DNA of 46,844 nt from an uncultured Chthonomonadaceae bacterium (lineage in GTDB: Bacteria; Armatimonadota; Chthonomonadetes; Chthonomonadales; Chthonomonadaceae): contig CAWIEK010000026.1 in assembly GCA_963835065.1 (NCBI GenBank), positions 1 to 46,844 of the forward strand, read 5' to 3'. The position numbers and the translations under genes were made by a program. Every line of letters starts with the position of its first letter. Position 1 is the stretch's first letter. This document shows, piece after piece, positions 10,372 through 22,100 of the stretch. Below the pieces are notes generated by a model. The model was given only the letters and a program-made list of their open reading frames with translations. It searched no databases and had not been told where the DNA came from.

Positions 10372-12384
10372 TTGGCAACGACGCCCACCATTTCTCCCAC
10401 GCCCGCAAACAACGCGGTGCGGCGCGAAGGCATCACCCTTCGCGCGCTCCTTATCGGCGTTCTGCTGATTCCCCTGATGTGCCTGTGGGTGGAGTACACC
10501 GAAATTGTCGCGCAGGCAACCGATCTGGCGGCCATGTCGCTGATTATCGCCGTCGTGTTCGTTCTCTTCGTCCTGCTGCTGATTAACTTCGGCCTGAAAC
10601 GGTTTGCGCCGCGATGGGCGTTCACGCAGGCCGAACTGATGTACATTTATGTCATGCAGACGGTTTCCATCGGCATTTCAGGCATCGGCATGATGCAGTT
10701 TCTGAACACGTTTACGGGCAACATCTTTTACTACGGAACGCCCGAAAACAAATGGAAGGAGCGATTTCTGCCGGTTGTGCGCCCCTGGCTGCTACCCCGC
10801 GAAAGCGTGACCAAAGCCTTTTACACCGGGCAAAGCACGTTCTGGACGTGGGAACATATTTCCGGCTGGATGACGCCAGTTCTCGTCTGGACGGCCTTTA
10901 TCGTCGCGCTGCTGTGGGTGATGCTGTGCCTCAACGTCCTCATTCGGCGGCAGTGGATGGATCAGGAACGCCTGAGTTTCCCGATTACGCAGTTGCCGCT
11001 GGAGATTGCGCGGGACGGCGGTTCGGGCGCGTTGTTCACGAACAAGCAATTGTGGATCGGGTTTCTGATTCCCGTCGTTCTGGAATCGCTTGCCAGCCTG
11101 AATTATCTGTATCCGAGCGTCCCGTTCTTCCCCATCAAGCCCTCCGACCAGCGCCTCAACCTGACACCCTATTTCGCCAATTCACCCCCCTGGAGCGGCG
11201 TCGGCACACTGCAGCTGTCGTTTTATCCACTTGTTATCGGCCTGACGTACTTTTTGCCGCTGGATGTGGCGTTTTCCCTGTGGTTTTTCTTCTTGTTCGG
11301 CAAGTTCCAGAACGTGACGGCAACGGGTTTGGGCTACCACGAGCCGGGCGCGAGTCAGGCGGCAAGCCGGATGCCGTATGTCGGGGAGCAGTCGGCGGGC
11401 GCGTTTTTGGGCGTGGCGTTGTTCGCATTGTATGGCCTGCGTGGTCCGCTAAAGTCCGCGCTCGTCAGCGCGTTCCGCCTGCTGAAACCCGGCGCTGCGC
11501 CCGACCTGAACGACGCGAACGAACCGATGTCCTACCGCGCCGCTATTTTGGGCGGGCTTGCCGGGTATCTGTTTCTGATCGGCTTCGGGGTCGCCATCGG
11601 CATGTCATGGCTGGTTCCCACCGTGTACTTCTTCCTGTACTATCTGTACGTGATTACGTTTACGCGCATCCGGGCGGAAGCCGGCCTGCCCTGGGGTTTC
11701 GGGCCATACATGAACGTGCATGACCTGATGAAAGCGGGCGTCGGATCGAGCGCGTTTTCCCTACAGGATCAGGTGGGCCTTCACGCCGTCCTGTGGCACG
11801 ACCTAGACATGCGTACTACTGTGATGCCCAACCAACTGGAGGCCATGAAAATCGGCGAATCGAGCCGCATGAACCTGAAGCATCTGGCGGCGGTAATCGT
11901 GCTGGCAACGGTTGTCGGCGCATTGGCGTCGTGGGCATCTGTGCTGACGTGCTATTACCAGTATGGCGCGGCAACGGCCAAAGTGAACAGTTGGCGCACC
12001 GACATGGGCAGCGCCCCCTGGCGGCAGCTCAAAGACATTCTGGATAACCCGGTCAAGCCGGACTTCCCGCGCATGGAGGGCGTCACGCTCGGCCTGCTTG
12101 TTACCGGACTGCTGATTTTTCTGCGGCAGCGCTTCATCTGGTGGCCGTTCCATCCCATCGGCTACGCGGTGGCGGGCACGGCCACGATGGAATGGCTGTG
12201 GTGCGCCACCCTCGTCGGCTGGTTCATCAAGCTGCTCATCGTCCGCTACGGCGGCATGAAATCGTACCGCCGTTTCATTCCCTTCTTCATCGGCCTGATT
12301 CTAGGCGACTACATCACCGGCAGCGTCTGGGCCATCTACGGCAGCGTACTCGGCATCCAAACCTACCGCGCGTTCCCAATTTAG
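10372..12384 (+). CDS. Polytopic membrane protein, DUF6785/DUF6784-like (putative OPT-superfamily transporter)
   Basis: Many TM segments; RRQWMDQERLSFPI.QLP, TRIRAEAG, WWPFHPIGY, PFFIGLILG motifs. TTG start after AAAGGA. Confidence 0.75.
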   Translation: MATTPTISPTPANNAVRREGITLRALLIGVLLIPLMCLWVEYTEIVAQATDLAAMSLIIAVVFVLFVLLLINFGLKRFAPRWAFTQAELMYIYVMQTVSIGISGIGMMQFLNTFTGNIFYYGTPENKWKERFLPVVRPWLLPRESVTKAFYTGQSTFWTWEHISGWMTPVLVWTAFIVALLWVMLCLNVLIRRQWMDQERLSFPITQLPLEIARDGGSGALFTNKQLWIGFLIPVVLESLASLNYLYPSVPFFPIKPSDQRLNLTPYFANSPPWSGVGTLQLSFYPLVIGLTYFLPLDVAFSLWFFFLFGKFQNVTATGLGYHEPGASQAASRMPYVGEQSAGAFLGVALFALYGLRGPLKSALVSAFRLLKPGAAPDLNDANEPMSYRAAILGGLAGYLFLIGFGVAIGMSWLVPTVYFFLYYLYVITFTRIRAEAGLPWGFGPYMNVHDLMKAGVGSSAFSLQDQVGLHAVLWHDLDMRTTVMPNQLEAMKIGESSRMNLKHLAAVIVLATVVGALASWASVLTCYYQYGAATAKVNSWRTDMGSAPWRQLKDILDNPVKPDFPRMEGVTLGLLVTGLLIFLRQRFIWWPFHPIGYAVAGTATMEWLWCATLVGWFIKLLIVRYGGMKSYRRFIPFFIGLILGDYITGSVWAIYGSVLGIQTYRAFPI

Positions 12385-12428
12385 GGCAATTGCCTGCTCT
12401 CTTTAACGACAACCGGGAATGATGAAAC

Positions 12429-12722
12429 GTGTCCCTATTGGAACTTGTCAAACAAAAAGAAGATGTTCAATCCATGTCAGTAAATACCAATCACGATGTT
12501 GTTCTGGACAGAGACCACGAAACGGTTCCTGCTTACAGCGATGTTTGTAACTTCTGTCGGCACTATCAGGGAATGCGCATCTGCTCGGCCTTTCCTGACG
12601 GCATCCCGCGCACAATCTGGCTGGAAGAAAACAATCATCGGCAGCCCTACCCCGGCGATCATGGAATACAATTTGAAGCCGTCGAAACACATGTCGATAT
12701 TCTGCTGCCAATCACTTCGTAG
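12429..12722 (+). CDS. Small Cys/His-rich hypothetical protein
   Basis: CNFCRH..CSAFPDGIP..NHRQPYPGDHGIQFE; probable metal-binding motif. The true start may be ATG 12474. Confidence 0.7.
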   Translation: MSLLELVKQKEDVQSMSVNTNHDVVLDRDHETVPAYSDVCNFCRHYQGMRICSAFPDGIPRTIWLEENNHRQPYPGDHGIQFEAVETHVDILLPITS

Positions 12723-13701
12723 GGAAAGCAAGCAGTGCTACACGCTTAGTCTGCCGCTCGGCATGTGTAGAGTCAACTGCCAGCAAGTTCTGCCGTGCGG
12801 TGGCATGGTATACTAACACTGAAAACCTGATGGTATTGGTGGCTTGCTGTGGACGTTCTTTCGCCGATTGCTTGTACTTTAAGATAGGGTTAGGGATGTA
12901 CGCCACAGGAAAGACGGTATAAACAAAGTGGAATTAATCAAGCCGAAAGTTGGCCTTAAAGAACTTATGGTTCATGGTGTGGAGAATTTGCTTGAGTCAG
13001 GCTATTGCTTTCATTCCGCGCCCCTTGAGCCAACCTGCTCTCGCTCCTTGCTGGAGATTCGCGCTGCTCGACAAAGTAACTGGAAGCGTCATCAAGCGCG
13101 AATGCAGGCGCTACAGGAAAGGCGGCAAACACGTACAGTAGATGTTCGCCTGCATTGCGCATTAAGTATCTACGCGCAACAACATTTTGAGCAGGGCATT
13201 GCCATACATGGACGAACGGCACAAGCGAACAAACAACAAGAAGCCCGTACTGCCTCTTTTAGATTGATGATAAATCTGCCTCCTCCCAAACGCCGGAAAC
13301 GGCAAAATAGATTGAACGCTTTGAACTCGAAACGCGCATGTACGATATCGAAAGTAATCTGAAAGCCAGAACGCTCGGTACGGTTTGTGTTACCATTCTC
13401 GTCAACCTGTTACTTGCTTTAAGCGCCTACATGGTGCATGAAAAGCAGGGACTGGCCTCGCTTATACCCCTGATTACGCCGGCAAACAGCGGGGGGCCAA
13501 AGACAGCAAACAAAAGTTGACTGTGCCAGCCAAGCCTCCAAAAGAGCCATTGGCGAGCCGACGCCAAAGCGTCTGCGCTAACAGAAATTGGGCTATTCTA
13601 CTCTCCCTTGCTCCTTTTCTTCTCTTCTTTTCTCTGTGAAACCTCTGTGCCTCTGTGTCTCTAGCGTAGCGGGTGGTGAAACTTCGCCTTGCGCTGAGGG
13701 C

Positions 13702-15075
13702 TTATGAAGCAGACCATTCATTTAGCAATTCGTCCAGTGTGCCGTTTAACAAGGCAGTATCTGTGTTGGCGAAGTTGAACAGATCGGCAAGCAGCAGGTC
13801 ATTGATGAGAGGTTCGTTGAAGGCTAAAATGCCCTCGTACAAAAAGTGCAGGTTACGGGCGTTAATGGTGAATTGTGTTTTGTCTTCGGAGGCGACAAAG
13901 TCTGCATCCTGTCCCCATCGTATGCTTTTCAGGCCGTCTATGAAATCGGCTTTGAGGAACAGCGGGTCTACATTGGCAACCAGAGCCGCGCGCACTTTCA
14001 GTTTGGAAGCCACATCCCGGTAGTACGCGCCGAACTTGAGGAGTTGGTACGTCCCTTTCTTCAAGTCGTCCGTTCTTCCCAGGCCGGGCTTCGTCTTGTT
14101 GGAGTCTACTTCGTCTCCCCAACCGTTGACCAGATAAGCAAGCGCGATATTTCGTCCTGTTCGTGTGACTTTCGGCACACGGTAAGCATAGTACAATTCA
14201 AGCCAAGCCGCGTGAAAGCGCAGAAAGTTCGCCGGATCAGAAAACCATGCAATCGCGGCGTCATACGGCCAATTGTCTTTCAGGTTCGCGCCAAGTGGAA
14301 TGTGAATGTCGCGGTGCGGCACAAACAGTTCCAACGGCATACCAGTAGGCGTAACGTCAATCAGACTGTGCTGCTTGTATTCGACACGCTCGCCATTCGC
14401 ATCTTCTTCAACCATCGGCACGTCCAATTCGCACATAACGGGAAAGGTTGCCAGCGAGGAGGCTTTGATCTCAAACAGGACAAGCGTATCCGCGTTGAAC
14501 GCGATGGCGTCGGTGTCATGGGACTGCTTTGTTATCAGGGCCACTGTCAGCGGGGTTGGGTTCGCCTGCCCCAACAGTTGCAGAACAAGCGCGCTGATTG
14601 TGGAAGTAATCTCCCCAATGTGGTGACTTGACGGCTTATGCTGCGCTTTTTCAATGCGCGGCCCAAGCCCTCGATCCAGGCAGCAGCGTGGACATTGCTT
14701 CAGGAACGAGTAATAGACACGCGGTTTCGGCTGATCTTCGCGGTGGCAGTAAATCCAATTCCTGTTGACAAGGCGACCGTGCAGGTATTCAATGTTGCTG
14801 ACCACATCGAAGGCGGCAGAACACACAAGGTTGAAACGCCGCCCTTCCGCAACGCTTTGCTGCAACGGCGCATCGGCAGTCCACGCTTCTTCGTCAAGCG
14901 AAGCGCGGTAACTTTGCATAATCGTTGCCATGAGACGCGCGGCCTGCTTCGCCTTGATGTACTGCGACCCCATTAGAGTCGTATCCATCAGGCGCTGCAG
15001 TTCCCGAATTTTGCCTGCGGCGCGCGAGTCGCTGTAATCGGGAAAACTTGGAACCACGCCAGAACGAGAATTCAC
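13702..15075 (-). CDS. Putative type II restriction endonuclease (PD-(D/E)xK-like)
   Basis: Directly downstream of and co-oriented with a C5 MTase; DTDAIAF..LVLFEIKAS catalytic-like motif; CPRC. Confidence 0.65.
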   Translation of the reverse strand: MNSRSGVVPSFPDYSDSRAAGKIRELQRLMDTTLMGSQYIKAKQAARLMATIMQSYRASLDEEAWTADAPLQQSVAEGRRFNLVCSAAFDVVSNIEYLHGRLVNRNWIYCHREDQPKPRVYYSFLKQCPRCCLDRGLGPRIEKAQHKPSSHHIGEITSTISALVLQLLGQANPTPLTVALITKQSHDTDAIAFNADTLVLFEIKASSLATFPVMCELDVPMVEEDANGERVEYKQHSLIDVTPTGMPLELFVPHRDIHIPLGANLKDNWPYDAAIAWFSDPANFLRFHAAWLELYYAYRVPKVTRTGRNIALAYLVNGWGDEVDSNKTKPGLGRTDDLKKGTYQLLKFGAYYRDVASKLKVRAALVANVDPLFLKADFIDGLKSIRWGQDADFVASEDKTQFTINARNLHFLYEGILAFNEPLINDLLLADLFNFANTDTALLNGTLDELLNEWSAS

Positions 15076-15107
15076 GTATCGTTTCCTTACTAAACGCCCG
15101 GATCAAG

Positions 15108-16302
15108 CTAAACGCCCAGGTCAAGGCACAAGTTCTTTACGTCCGAAAACAGAGTTCGGGACGTGTGCTGAGGCTCATGCCCCGCAAGCAGCGACTCGAT
15201 AGAATGTTCAAAAACCCACCGCACGGCAGGGACGCAGAACGGCGTCGCCCAACCCGTACAGCGCATCCGTTTCCGTTTGTGGCAATTGAAAGTCGGGCGA
15301 AAAGTCGGGCAAGCACACTCCTTGAAGCCGGGCGGCTTCCACGCCAAGCAGTTTACGAACGCGCACTGTTTCATCGGAAATATGAACAATAAACTGCGCA
15401 GAGGAACCGCCTTTTGGCGTCCGCAAACAGCTTGCCGCGCCGTCAAAGCGGATATTGATAATCTGCTCACGTAATCCGCGCCGCCGTCCGCGCCGAGTGG
15501 CGGTCAGAAACTTTTGAACGCCGGAACCGGTGAGATTGCAAAGTTGTGGCCTGTGATGCCGCTCCAGGTGCGACCAGAAGTAGGCCATTTGCGCCTCGTT
15601 CCACCACCGGCAATCCTCCGTCGGCAATTTTTCCAGAACGTCTGCAAGTTTGTAGCAAGGCTGCGGAAGCGAGGGAAAGTCAAAAAAGAACCAGGGCAAA
15701 TCTTTGTTACGCTGGTAGGTTTCTCTGACTTTATAGCGGCGGATAGGAACATTGGGCACATGCGCAGGACGCGCAAAGCGGTTCTGCCCGTGAACCGCGA
15801 TAATAAAGACACGATTCCGCGTTTGCGGCGTGAAGTGACAGGCATCCACCTGCACAAGGTCAAAGCAGTAGCCCATCTCTGCAATACGATGAAGCAAAAG
15901 GTCTATGGACTGCCCCTCATGCAGCGACAAAAGCCCCGGCACATTTTCTAAAAACAGAAATTCAGGAGGATTCCCTTGCCGCTGAAAATCGGCAATGCGG
16001 TCAAGAAATGCCCATACAACGCTGCTTTTGTCTCCGTTGATGCCAATGCGCCCTCCTGCCTGACTTAAATCTATGCAGGGAAAAGACGCGGTTGCCAGGC
16101 GAACAGGGGCTACGCCGGATACGTCTAAAGCATCCACATCTGTATCAAATACTGCTGTATCAGGATAGTTCAGTTTGTAGGCGGCGATTTTCTTTGCATT
16201 GTTGTCATTTGCAGCCGTGACATTCCAGCCGAAATGCTTGATAAATTCGTGAATAAGTCCGATACCCGCAAAGAATTCAAATGCCGTTCGGCAGTTACTC
16301 AT
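15108..16302 (-). CDS. dcm: DNA (cytosine-5) methyltransferase (frameshift near the C-terminus)
   Basis: Motif I EFFAGIG, IV SFPCIDLS, VI LENVPG, VIII PQTRNRVFI, IX EAARLQG, X GDAV, continuing in another frame as CVPAVRWV.. to stop 15108. Confidence 0.92.
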
Positions 16303-16369
16303 CTAATCCTCAGCATCCATTCACTACAGGTAATTGTGCAGGAGCGCCCATGTCGCAGTAATAAACCTC

Positions 16370-16398
16370 ATTATAGCAAAGGGTGAAGTTCCTGTCAA
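16370..16398 (-). promoter_or_regulatory. Consensus sigma70 promoter for the MTase-REase operon
   Basis: Minus strand TTGACA-17 bp-TATAAT with TG extension, about 70 bp upstream of the MTase ATG. Confidence 0.85.
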
Positions 16399-16617
16399 CA
16401 GGGAATGTCAGTGGTATGCAGGCCGTTATACAGGAGCGGCTTGCTTGCTCGATAAACGTTTGTGACTTTGTGGCGCCTTGTGGAAACAGGCGACGATAAA
16501 GCGGCCTTGTGTCTGTTCGGGGAGAAGGGAAAACCACTCTCCGTAACAGGCGCAAGGCCGCTTTCAGGTTAAACGCCTGCTGACAGCGTTGATGCCCGGT
16601 TTAAGCGTTTTGATCCG

Positions 16618-16824
16618 TCAGGGCGCTTTTTGACCTGAGCCGCCGGATGCGGCGTTGGCCTGTGGCGCGTGTTGTTGGCCGGGCGGCGATGCCTGAACAT
16701 TGCCTTCCTTGCCGTCGCCTACCGTTCCCCCGGTCGCGCCCTTATACAGTAAGAAGCCGGCCAGAACCACCACTACCGCAATCAGCGCTACGACAGCGGG
16801 CACAGGGATGGATTTTTGTCCCAT
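16618..16824 (-). CDS. Small single-TM protein downstream of the prepilin-like gene
   Basis: GAAGGAAG RBS; MGQKSIPVPAVVALIAVVVVLAGFLLY followed by a G/Q/P-rich tail. Confidence 0.75.
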   Translation of the reverse strand: MGQKSIPVPAVVALIAVVVVLAGFLLYKGATGGTVGDGKEGNVQASPPGQQHAPQANAASGGSGQKAP

Positions 16825-16936
16825 GTTGTCTTCCTTCTTTTCTTCATGACGCCTGCTTAGAACCTATTTCGCTAGGTTCCCCTGCTCCCAACTTTGAGAG
16901 AAGGGGGCAGGGGTTGCGGGGCGTTGGGATAGTTTC

Positions 16937-17725
16937 TTAGTTGTTCGGGCAGGAAACGTCCCACGATTTGACCGGCCAGTAGCCGAACTTGGTGGACGAG
17001 CCGTTGACCGTCAGCGGGTTGGAACCGGCGTTGTAATCGGTTCCCGCAGGCTGCAAGCCGCCCGGACGCGCCCATTTGGAATGGCCGTCGCAGAAGAAGA
17101 AGTTGTTGCCGCCCGTGTGCCGGATGGAGTTGCCCCACCAATCAATCGGCGAGCCGCCAAATTCAATCGTGTTGATGAAGTACAGGGAATGATGGACGCA
17201 CACGGACGGCCCATCATAAATGTAGGTGTTGTCATCCCCCAGCCCGATTTCGGCAGGCGCTCCGATTTGCGCGAGCGCGGTGGGCGCGGCAATGACCCAC
17301 TCGTTCAAGCCGTAATCCACTTCCGGTACGATCTTGGTCTGCTTCGGGTCGCCGCACGTCCACAGGGGATAGCTGGCCGTATAGGTGCTGCCCTTGAAAC
17401 TCGGACACCGGAACACCTGCCCGTTCTTGACATACGGGTACAGCAGCACGGCCCAATGCTCGTTGGGCTGCCCCGCCGTCGCGCCCGCCCAGTAACCGGG
17501 GTCCGGGCAGCCGCCCGGCCAGGGCTGCGAAAAGAAGGTTTCGTCGAAGTCCTGCACGTACATCATCACGCCCAGCCCGATCTGCTTGGTGTTGGACAGG
17601 CAGGAGATGGTACGGGCCTTTTCCCGCGCCTGCGCAAAGACGGGGAACAGAATGGCCGCTAAGATAGCGATGATGGCAATGACAACTAGCAATTCGATGA
17701 GGGTGAAGCCAGAGCGTTTGTTCAT
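16937..17725 (-). CDS. Prepilin-type N-terminal cleavage/methylation, DUF1559 / H-X9-DG protein
   Basis: [65 protein letters not shown]. Confidence 0.95.
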   Translation of the reverse strand: MNKRSGFTLIELLVVIAIIAILAAILFPVFAQAREKARTISCLSNTKQIGLGVMMYVQDFDETFFSQPWPGGCPDPGYWAGATAGQPNEHWAVLLYPYVKNGQVFRCPSFKGSTYTASYPLWTCGDPKQTKIVPEVDYGLNEWVIAAPTALAQIGAPAEIGLGDDNTYIYDGPSVCVHHSLYFINTIEFGGSPIDWWGNSIRHTGGNNFFFCDGHSKWARPGGLQPAGTDYNAGSNPLTVNGSSTKFGYWPVKSWDVSCPNN

Positions 17726-17850
17726 TACTTTTCTCCTGATGGACAATAGCGCGAACCGGGTCCGGGGCAAAAGCGCTCCGGTTTGGCGGGGCGGAAAACG
17801 CCCCGGTTTTCGCGGGGCATTTTCTGCCCCGCTGGCGAGTGGTGAAAGGC

Positions 17851-18867
17851 TCAGGGCTTCTGACTGGAAGCCCGGAGACGGAGGTCTACGTCGAGAACAA
17901 CTTGCAAGGGAGGGCCGCTCGACTCGGCCATACGGGTTTGCAGCAGACTCCAGCCGCGCCTGCAAACCTCCTGCACGGGCAGTGACAGCGATGTCAAAGG
18001 CGTTTCCAGATAAGACACATAGGGCAAATCGTCACAGCCGGCAAGGGCGACTTGATCGGGAACGACAATGCCGGCTTCCCGCAGCGCGCGATACGCGCCC
18101 AACGCGATCTCATCGTTCTGGCAAAACAGCGCGTCCGGGGGCGCGTGTCCCGCTTCCATCCAGATGTTGAGTCCCTTCCGCGCCGCTTCCATCAGCGAAG
18201 ATTGTCCCGACAGTAACGGGATGTCGGATTGCGCCAGGCCATGCTCGCGTACAAACTCCGAGAAAATGGTATACCGCTGTTCGCTCGGATGAAAGCTGCT
18301 TGCAAGCGCCATGTAACCGTAGGAGCGACAGTCTTGCGCCCGCAGATGCTCCAGCAAAGCCCGCAGCGGCGGCTCGAAGTTGACCGTGACATAGTCCTTG
18401 AGCTGCGTGTTGCTGCTGAACAGGCCCACAATGGGAGGAACCGCGCCGGAGTGTTGCGTGAGCGCTTCCCAGAGTCCGTTCACGTAGAACATATAATCGA
18501 ACACGAACACGCCGTCCAAATCCCATTGCAGCAGGCGATGCCACTTTTCCGTGATCTGATTGGGCGTACTGACGAACACCATCAGCTCGTATTCGCTTTC
18601 CTCCAGTGTATGGCGCAGATGCTGAATCACGGTTTGAAAAAAATAGTCTTCCGAGTCCGGGACGAACACGCCGATAAGCTGCGTACTTTTGCCTTGCAGC
18701 GCCTGTGCGATTCGGCTTGGACGATAGCCCATGCGCTTGGCCGCTTGCAGAACGCGCTCACGGGTCGCATCGCCGACGAGGGTATCCTTCTTGTCGTTGA
18801 GAACGCGCGAAACGGTGGAGTGAGAAATCCCCAACTCTTCCGCGATTTGCTTGATAGTGACTCGCAC
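17851..18867 (-). CDS. LacI-family transcriptional regulator
   Basis: [51 protein letters not shown]. Confidence 0.95.
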   Translation of the reverse strand: MRVTIKQIAEELGISHSTVSRVLNDKKDTLVGDATRERVLQAAKRMGYRPSRIAQALQGKSTQLIGVFVPDSEDYFFQTVIQHLRHTLEESEYELMVFVSTPNQITEKWHRLLQWDLDGVFVFDYMFYVNGLWEALTQHSGAVPPIVGLFSSNTQLKDYVTVNFEPPLRALLEHLRAQDCRSYGYMALASSFHPSEQRYTIFSEFVREHGLAQSDIPLLSGQSSLMEAARKGLNIWMEAGHAPPDALFCQNDEIALGAYRALREAGIVVPDQVALAGCDDLPYVSYLETPLTSLSLPVQEVCRRGWSLLQTRMAESSGPPLQVVLDVDLRLRASSQKP

Positions 18868-18886
18868 CTGACCTCCATGCGCCTAT

Positions 18887-18949
18887 GCACACGTGTGCCG
18901 TTACACGTTAAGATTGTTCATCATAACACGGCCTTAATCTTGTTGTCAA
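18887..18949 (-). promoter_or_regulatory. Promoter and probable LacI operator for the lacI-prepilin operon
   Basis: Minus strand TTGACA-18 bp-(TGn)TATGAT at 18949-18920; perfect CG-centred palindrome GCACACGTGTGC at 18887-18898 between promoter and RBS. Confidence 0.7.
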
Positions 18950-19191
18950 GGCTTTCCTAATAAAAACGCCATTATTTTCCAAATAATTTTAACAGGAGGG
19001 TATTTAGTCTTGCCCTCACCTCCAACCCCTCTTGTACAAAACGTATTTCCAAAGCGAAGCAGAAATACGGAACGTGGGGGAGGGGCTACTGTAACCTTCC
19101 TCATGAACTAAATCATGCGCCGATGTGACAAAGGAAGAAAAGAAACGTTTCGCGTATAGTAGATTATTCCGGTTGCAAGGAGCGTGTTGAT

Positions 19192-22100
19192 ATGAATCCA
19201 TCCCGCTATTCTCGGCTGATGATGGTTCTGGTTCCCGTAATGGCGATGGTTTGCGCCCTGGCCTTTCCCCGCCCTGCGCATACGGGGCAGCCGGCGGCGT
19301 TTCACCTGCCGGTTCGGACGGCGGGGGCAATCCCGGAACAAACGGCAGGCTTTCGCTCCCTGTCGCACCCGTTTGCGCCCCCGGCTCCAGTGGGCAATGG
19401 GAACACAGATTTCCACATTCTGGATAGTGAGCGCAGAACCGCGCCCGCCGCCGTCGGACCGAACGGAACATGGTACAGCGCAGGCGTCAACAACGTCCTG
19501 TGTTCCCTCCTGCTGCCCAATGAAACCTGGCTCGGCACGGAATTTGGCGTCAAGCGGCTGAACCTGCAAACCCGTCAGACGCAGCACTATACCACTCTGG
19601 ACGGATTGCCGTATTCTCATATTACGGCGATTGCGGGGCAGAACGGCGTGGTCGTGTGCGCGGCAATTCGGCAGGAACCGAGTGGCGCGGGCAATGCCCC
19701 TTTTTACCGGAGTTTCGCTGTCGGCCAAGCGCGGGTGGAAACCACCGCCCTGTGCCGCTTCGATGCCCTTTCGGGCAAGTGGAAGGTTTTGGACGAAGAC
19801 AGGCGCGAGTATGTCACCGCCGACCCACCGAATGGCATGGAAGCAAAAGCTATTCCCCTGCAAAGCGTGGTCGTCAACGAGCGTTACGCCTGCCTTGTAC
19901 CCGGCATAATCCAGTCCGGCAAACCCATTGCCCTGCTGTGCCGATTGTCCGACGGCTTTGTGGACAACCTTGTCGCGCCCGAATTTCTAAGGCAGCCTTT
20001 TGCCGTCACAAGCGCGCAAATGGACGCGCGGTATTTATGGTTTGGCAGCAGTCGCGGCCTGCTGCGCTGCGATCTGAAAACGCGGGAATGGGAAACCCTG
20101 CTGCCGGACGCGATGATTTACAGCAGCGCGCAGGCGGCGGACGGCAGTTTGTGGGTTCTGGCAAAAACATTCGGCCCATTCCGCGCCGACATTCAGCAGG
20201 GCAGTATACGCGATACGCGCTGGGAGGCGGTTCATATTCAGGAGGGACAGCCGCCGCGCCCCTACTTGCTGAAAAGCTGGGAGGAACCCCAACGCGCCTG
20301 GGCGCCCGCCTTTTTGGAAAACATCACGCTGGCGGATGGCAAGGTATGGGCAACGGTAAACAGGTTCGGCGCGGGCATTCACGGGCAACTGGCATATCTG
20401 CCGGATGTGCTTTCGCTGGCGCCGCAGACCGGGCAGGTGACGACGCAAGCCTCCATCAGTGGCGACGCCAAATATGACGAAATTCCTACATCTGTACTGG
20501 TAAACTCCCACACGGGCTGGGGGATACTGACGCCGCTCCGCAGGCCCGCCCGTTTCCCCGGCTGGATTTGCGAGGCCGAAGCCGGAGAAGCGGCGATGCT
20601 TACCATGCCCCGGCACGACCTGGATACGATAACACCACAGCGCATGGAATGGCATTTTGGCGCGCGGAGCAATGGTGGACAAAGCGGCAATTTTTTGCAG
20701 CGCGAGGCCGCTTCTCCGGGGGCAGGCGGAAACAGGGTTGGGGAGTTGTACGCGCCGCCGTTTGTCCGGGTGGACGCGCAGGAGGAGACTTGGTGGCCGA
20801 CGGCTATGAAGGACCCGCAGGATGGCAGGGATAAGGTGTATTTCCTGTCCGGTTCCTTCGACATAAAACTGCGCGTCTGGGATCGCGCTTCCAACACGGT
20901 TTCCACGCCAATTGAAGTAACAGCCGCCCTGAAACGGTACAAGCCGCAGTGGCCGGGCGGGACTATGCTGCTGCCGGGGCGCGGTTGTTTGTGGATTGGA
21001 ACCGGCGAACACGTCCTGCGCTATGACCTTGCTTCGGGGCGCGTGGAGGCGGCGCAGGAAAAAACGCCCGATGTCGGCGGTTACGTGCCGCGCCATGCGC
21101 TGCTTTCCGTGGAGGGCGATACAGTTTGGGTGAAGGGTGCGCCCAATCTGCTGTACACGGCAAACCCTCGCGTATCTTCCAGCCTCACTCCCGTTGCCCT
21201 GCCGCCGTTTCCCGGCGATCTGGAACGCAGCCGAGACAAGCTGGCCTTGTTCGCGCTGGAAGACCATATCGCCTGGTTTACAGGACTTTCCTTTATCGCG
21301 CCCAACAAGCGCGTCCTTATCGGCTACAACCTCCTGACCCGAACGTGGACAAAACCCATAGACGCTTCCCTGCCCCTGATTTCAGCGGGGCAGACGATTT
21401 CCACCTACAAACAGGGCACAACGCGCTGGTTTCCCGCGTATTCCCGCGAAGCGTCGGCCTATGGCTATGACATGGCAAGCGGGCAATGGACAACGCTGCC
21501 GCTCGCCCCCGCAAGCGAAAACCCGTGGCGCGTCCTGCTTGTCGGCGCGGATGCGCGGCATTTCTGGTATTGTGACTCTGCGCGCCTGTATCGGCTGGAT
21601 CGGGAAGAGAAAACGTGGCATTACGACGCGCTGCCGTTTGCGTTTTCGGATTTCCAGTATAAAGGCGTGACCCCGTCCGGCGAAACCCTGTGCTTTGGCA
21701 GCGGGTCGGGCGCATGGCTGCTGGATACAACAACGGGCAAGTGGGCGCAGTCACCCGGCGTTCCCGTCACTTCGGAAGACATGTATTATCAGGTGAAGGC
21801 GGTGGACGCGCAGGCCGTGTGGCTGGACTCTATGCGGGCAGGCGTGTCGCTTGTGGCGCGTTTTGACCGGCAGGCGCATGTGTGGAAAACCTGGACGAGC
21901 GCGGACGGCGTACCGCCCGGGTACAGCCGGATGATACCGGATGGGTCATCGTGCTGGCTGCTGGCGGAGGGCATTCTTTATCATCTCAACACACAAACAA
22001 ACCATTGGGACAACATTTCCCGCCGCCTTTACGCCCTGAAACCGGACGGAACTTACAGCGCGGAACCGGAAACCAGTCCGCAAACGAACGAAGTTATTTC

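Noticed and set aside
12928..13520. IS982-like transposase remnant
   Set aside because: Only a faint resemblance at the end (..VNLLLALSAY); no DDE motifs, TIRs or TSD found.
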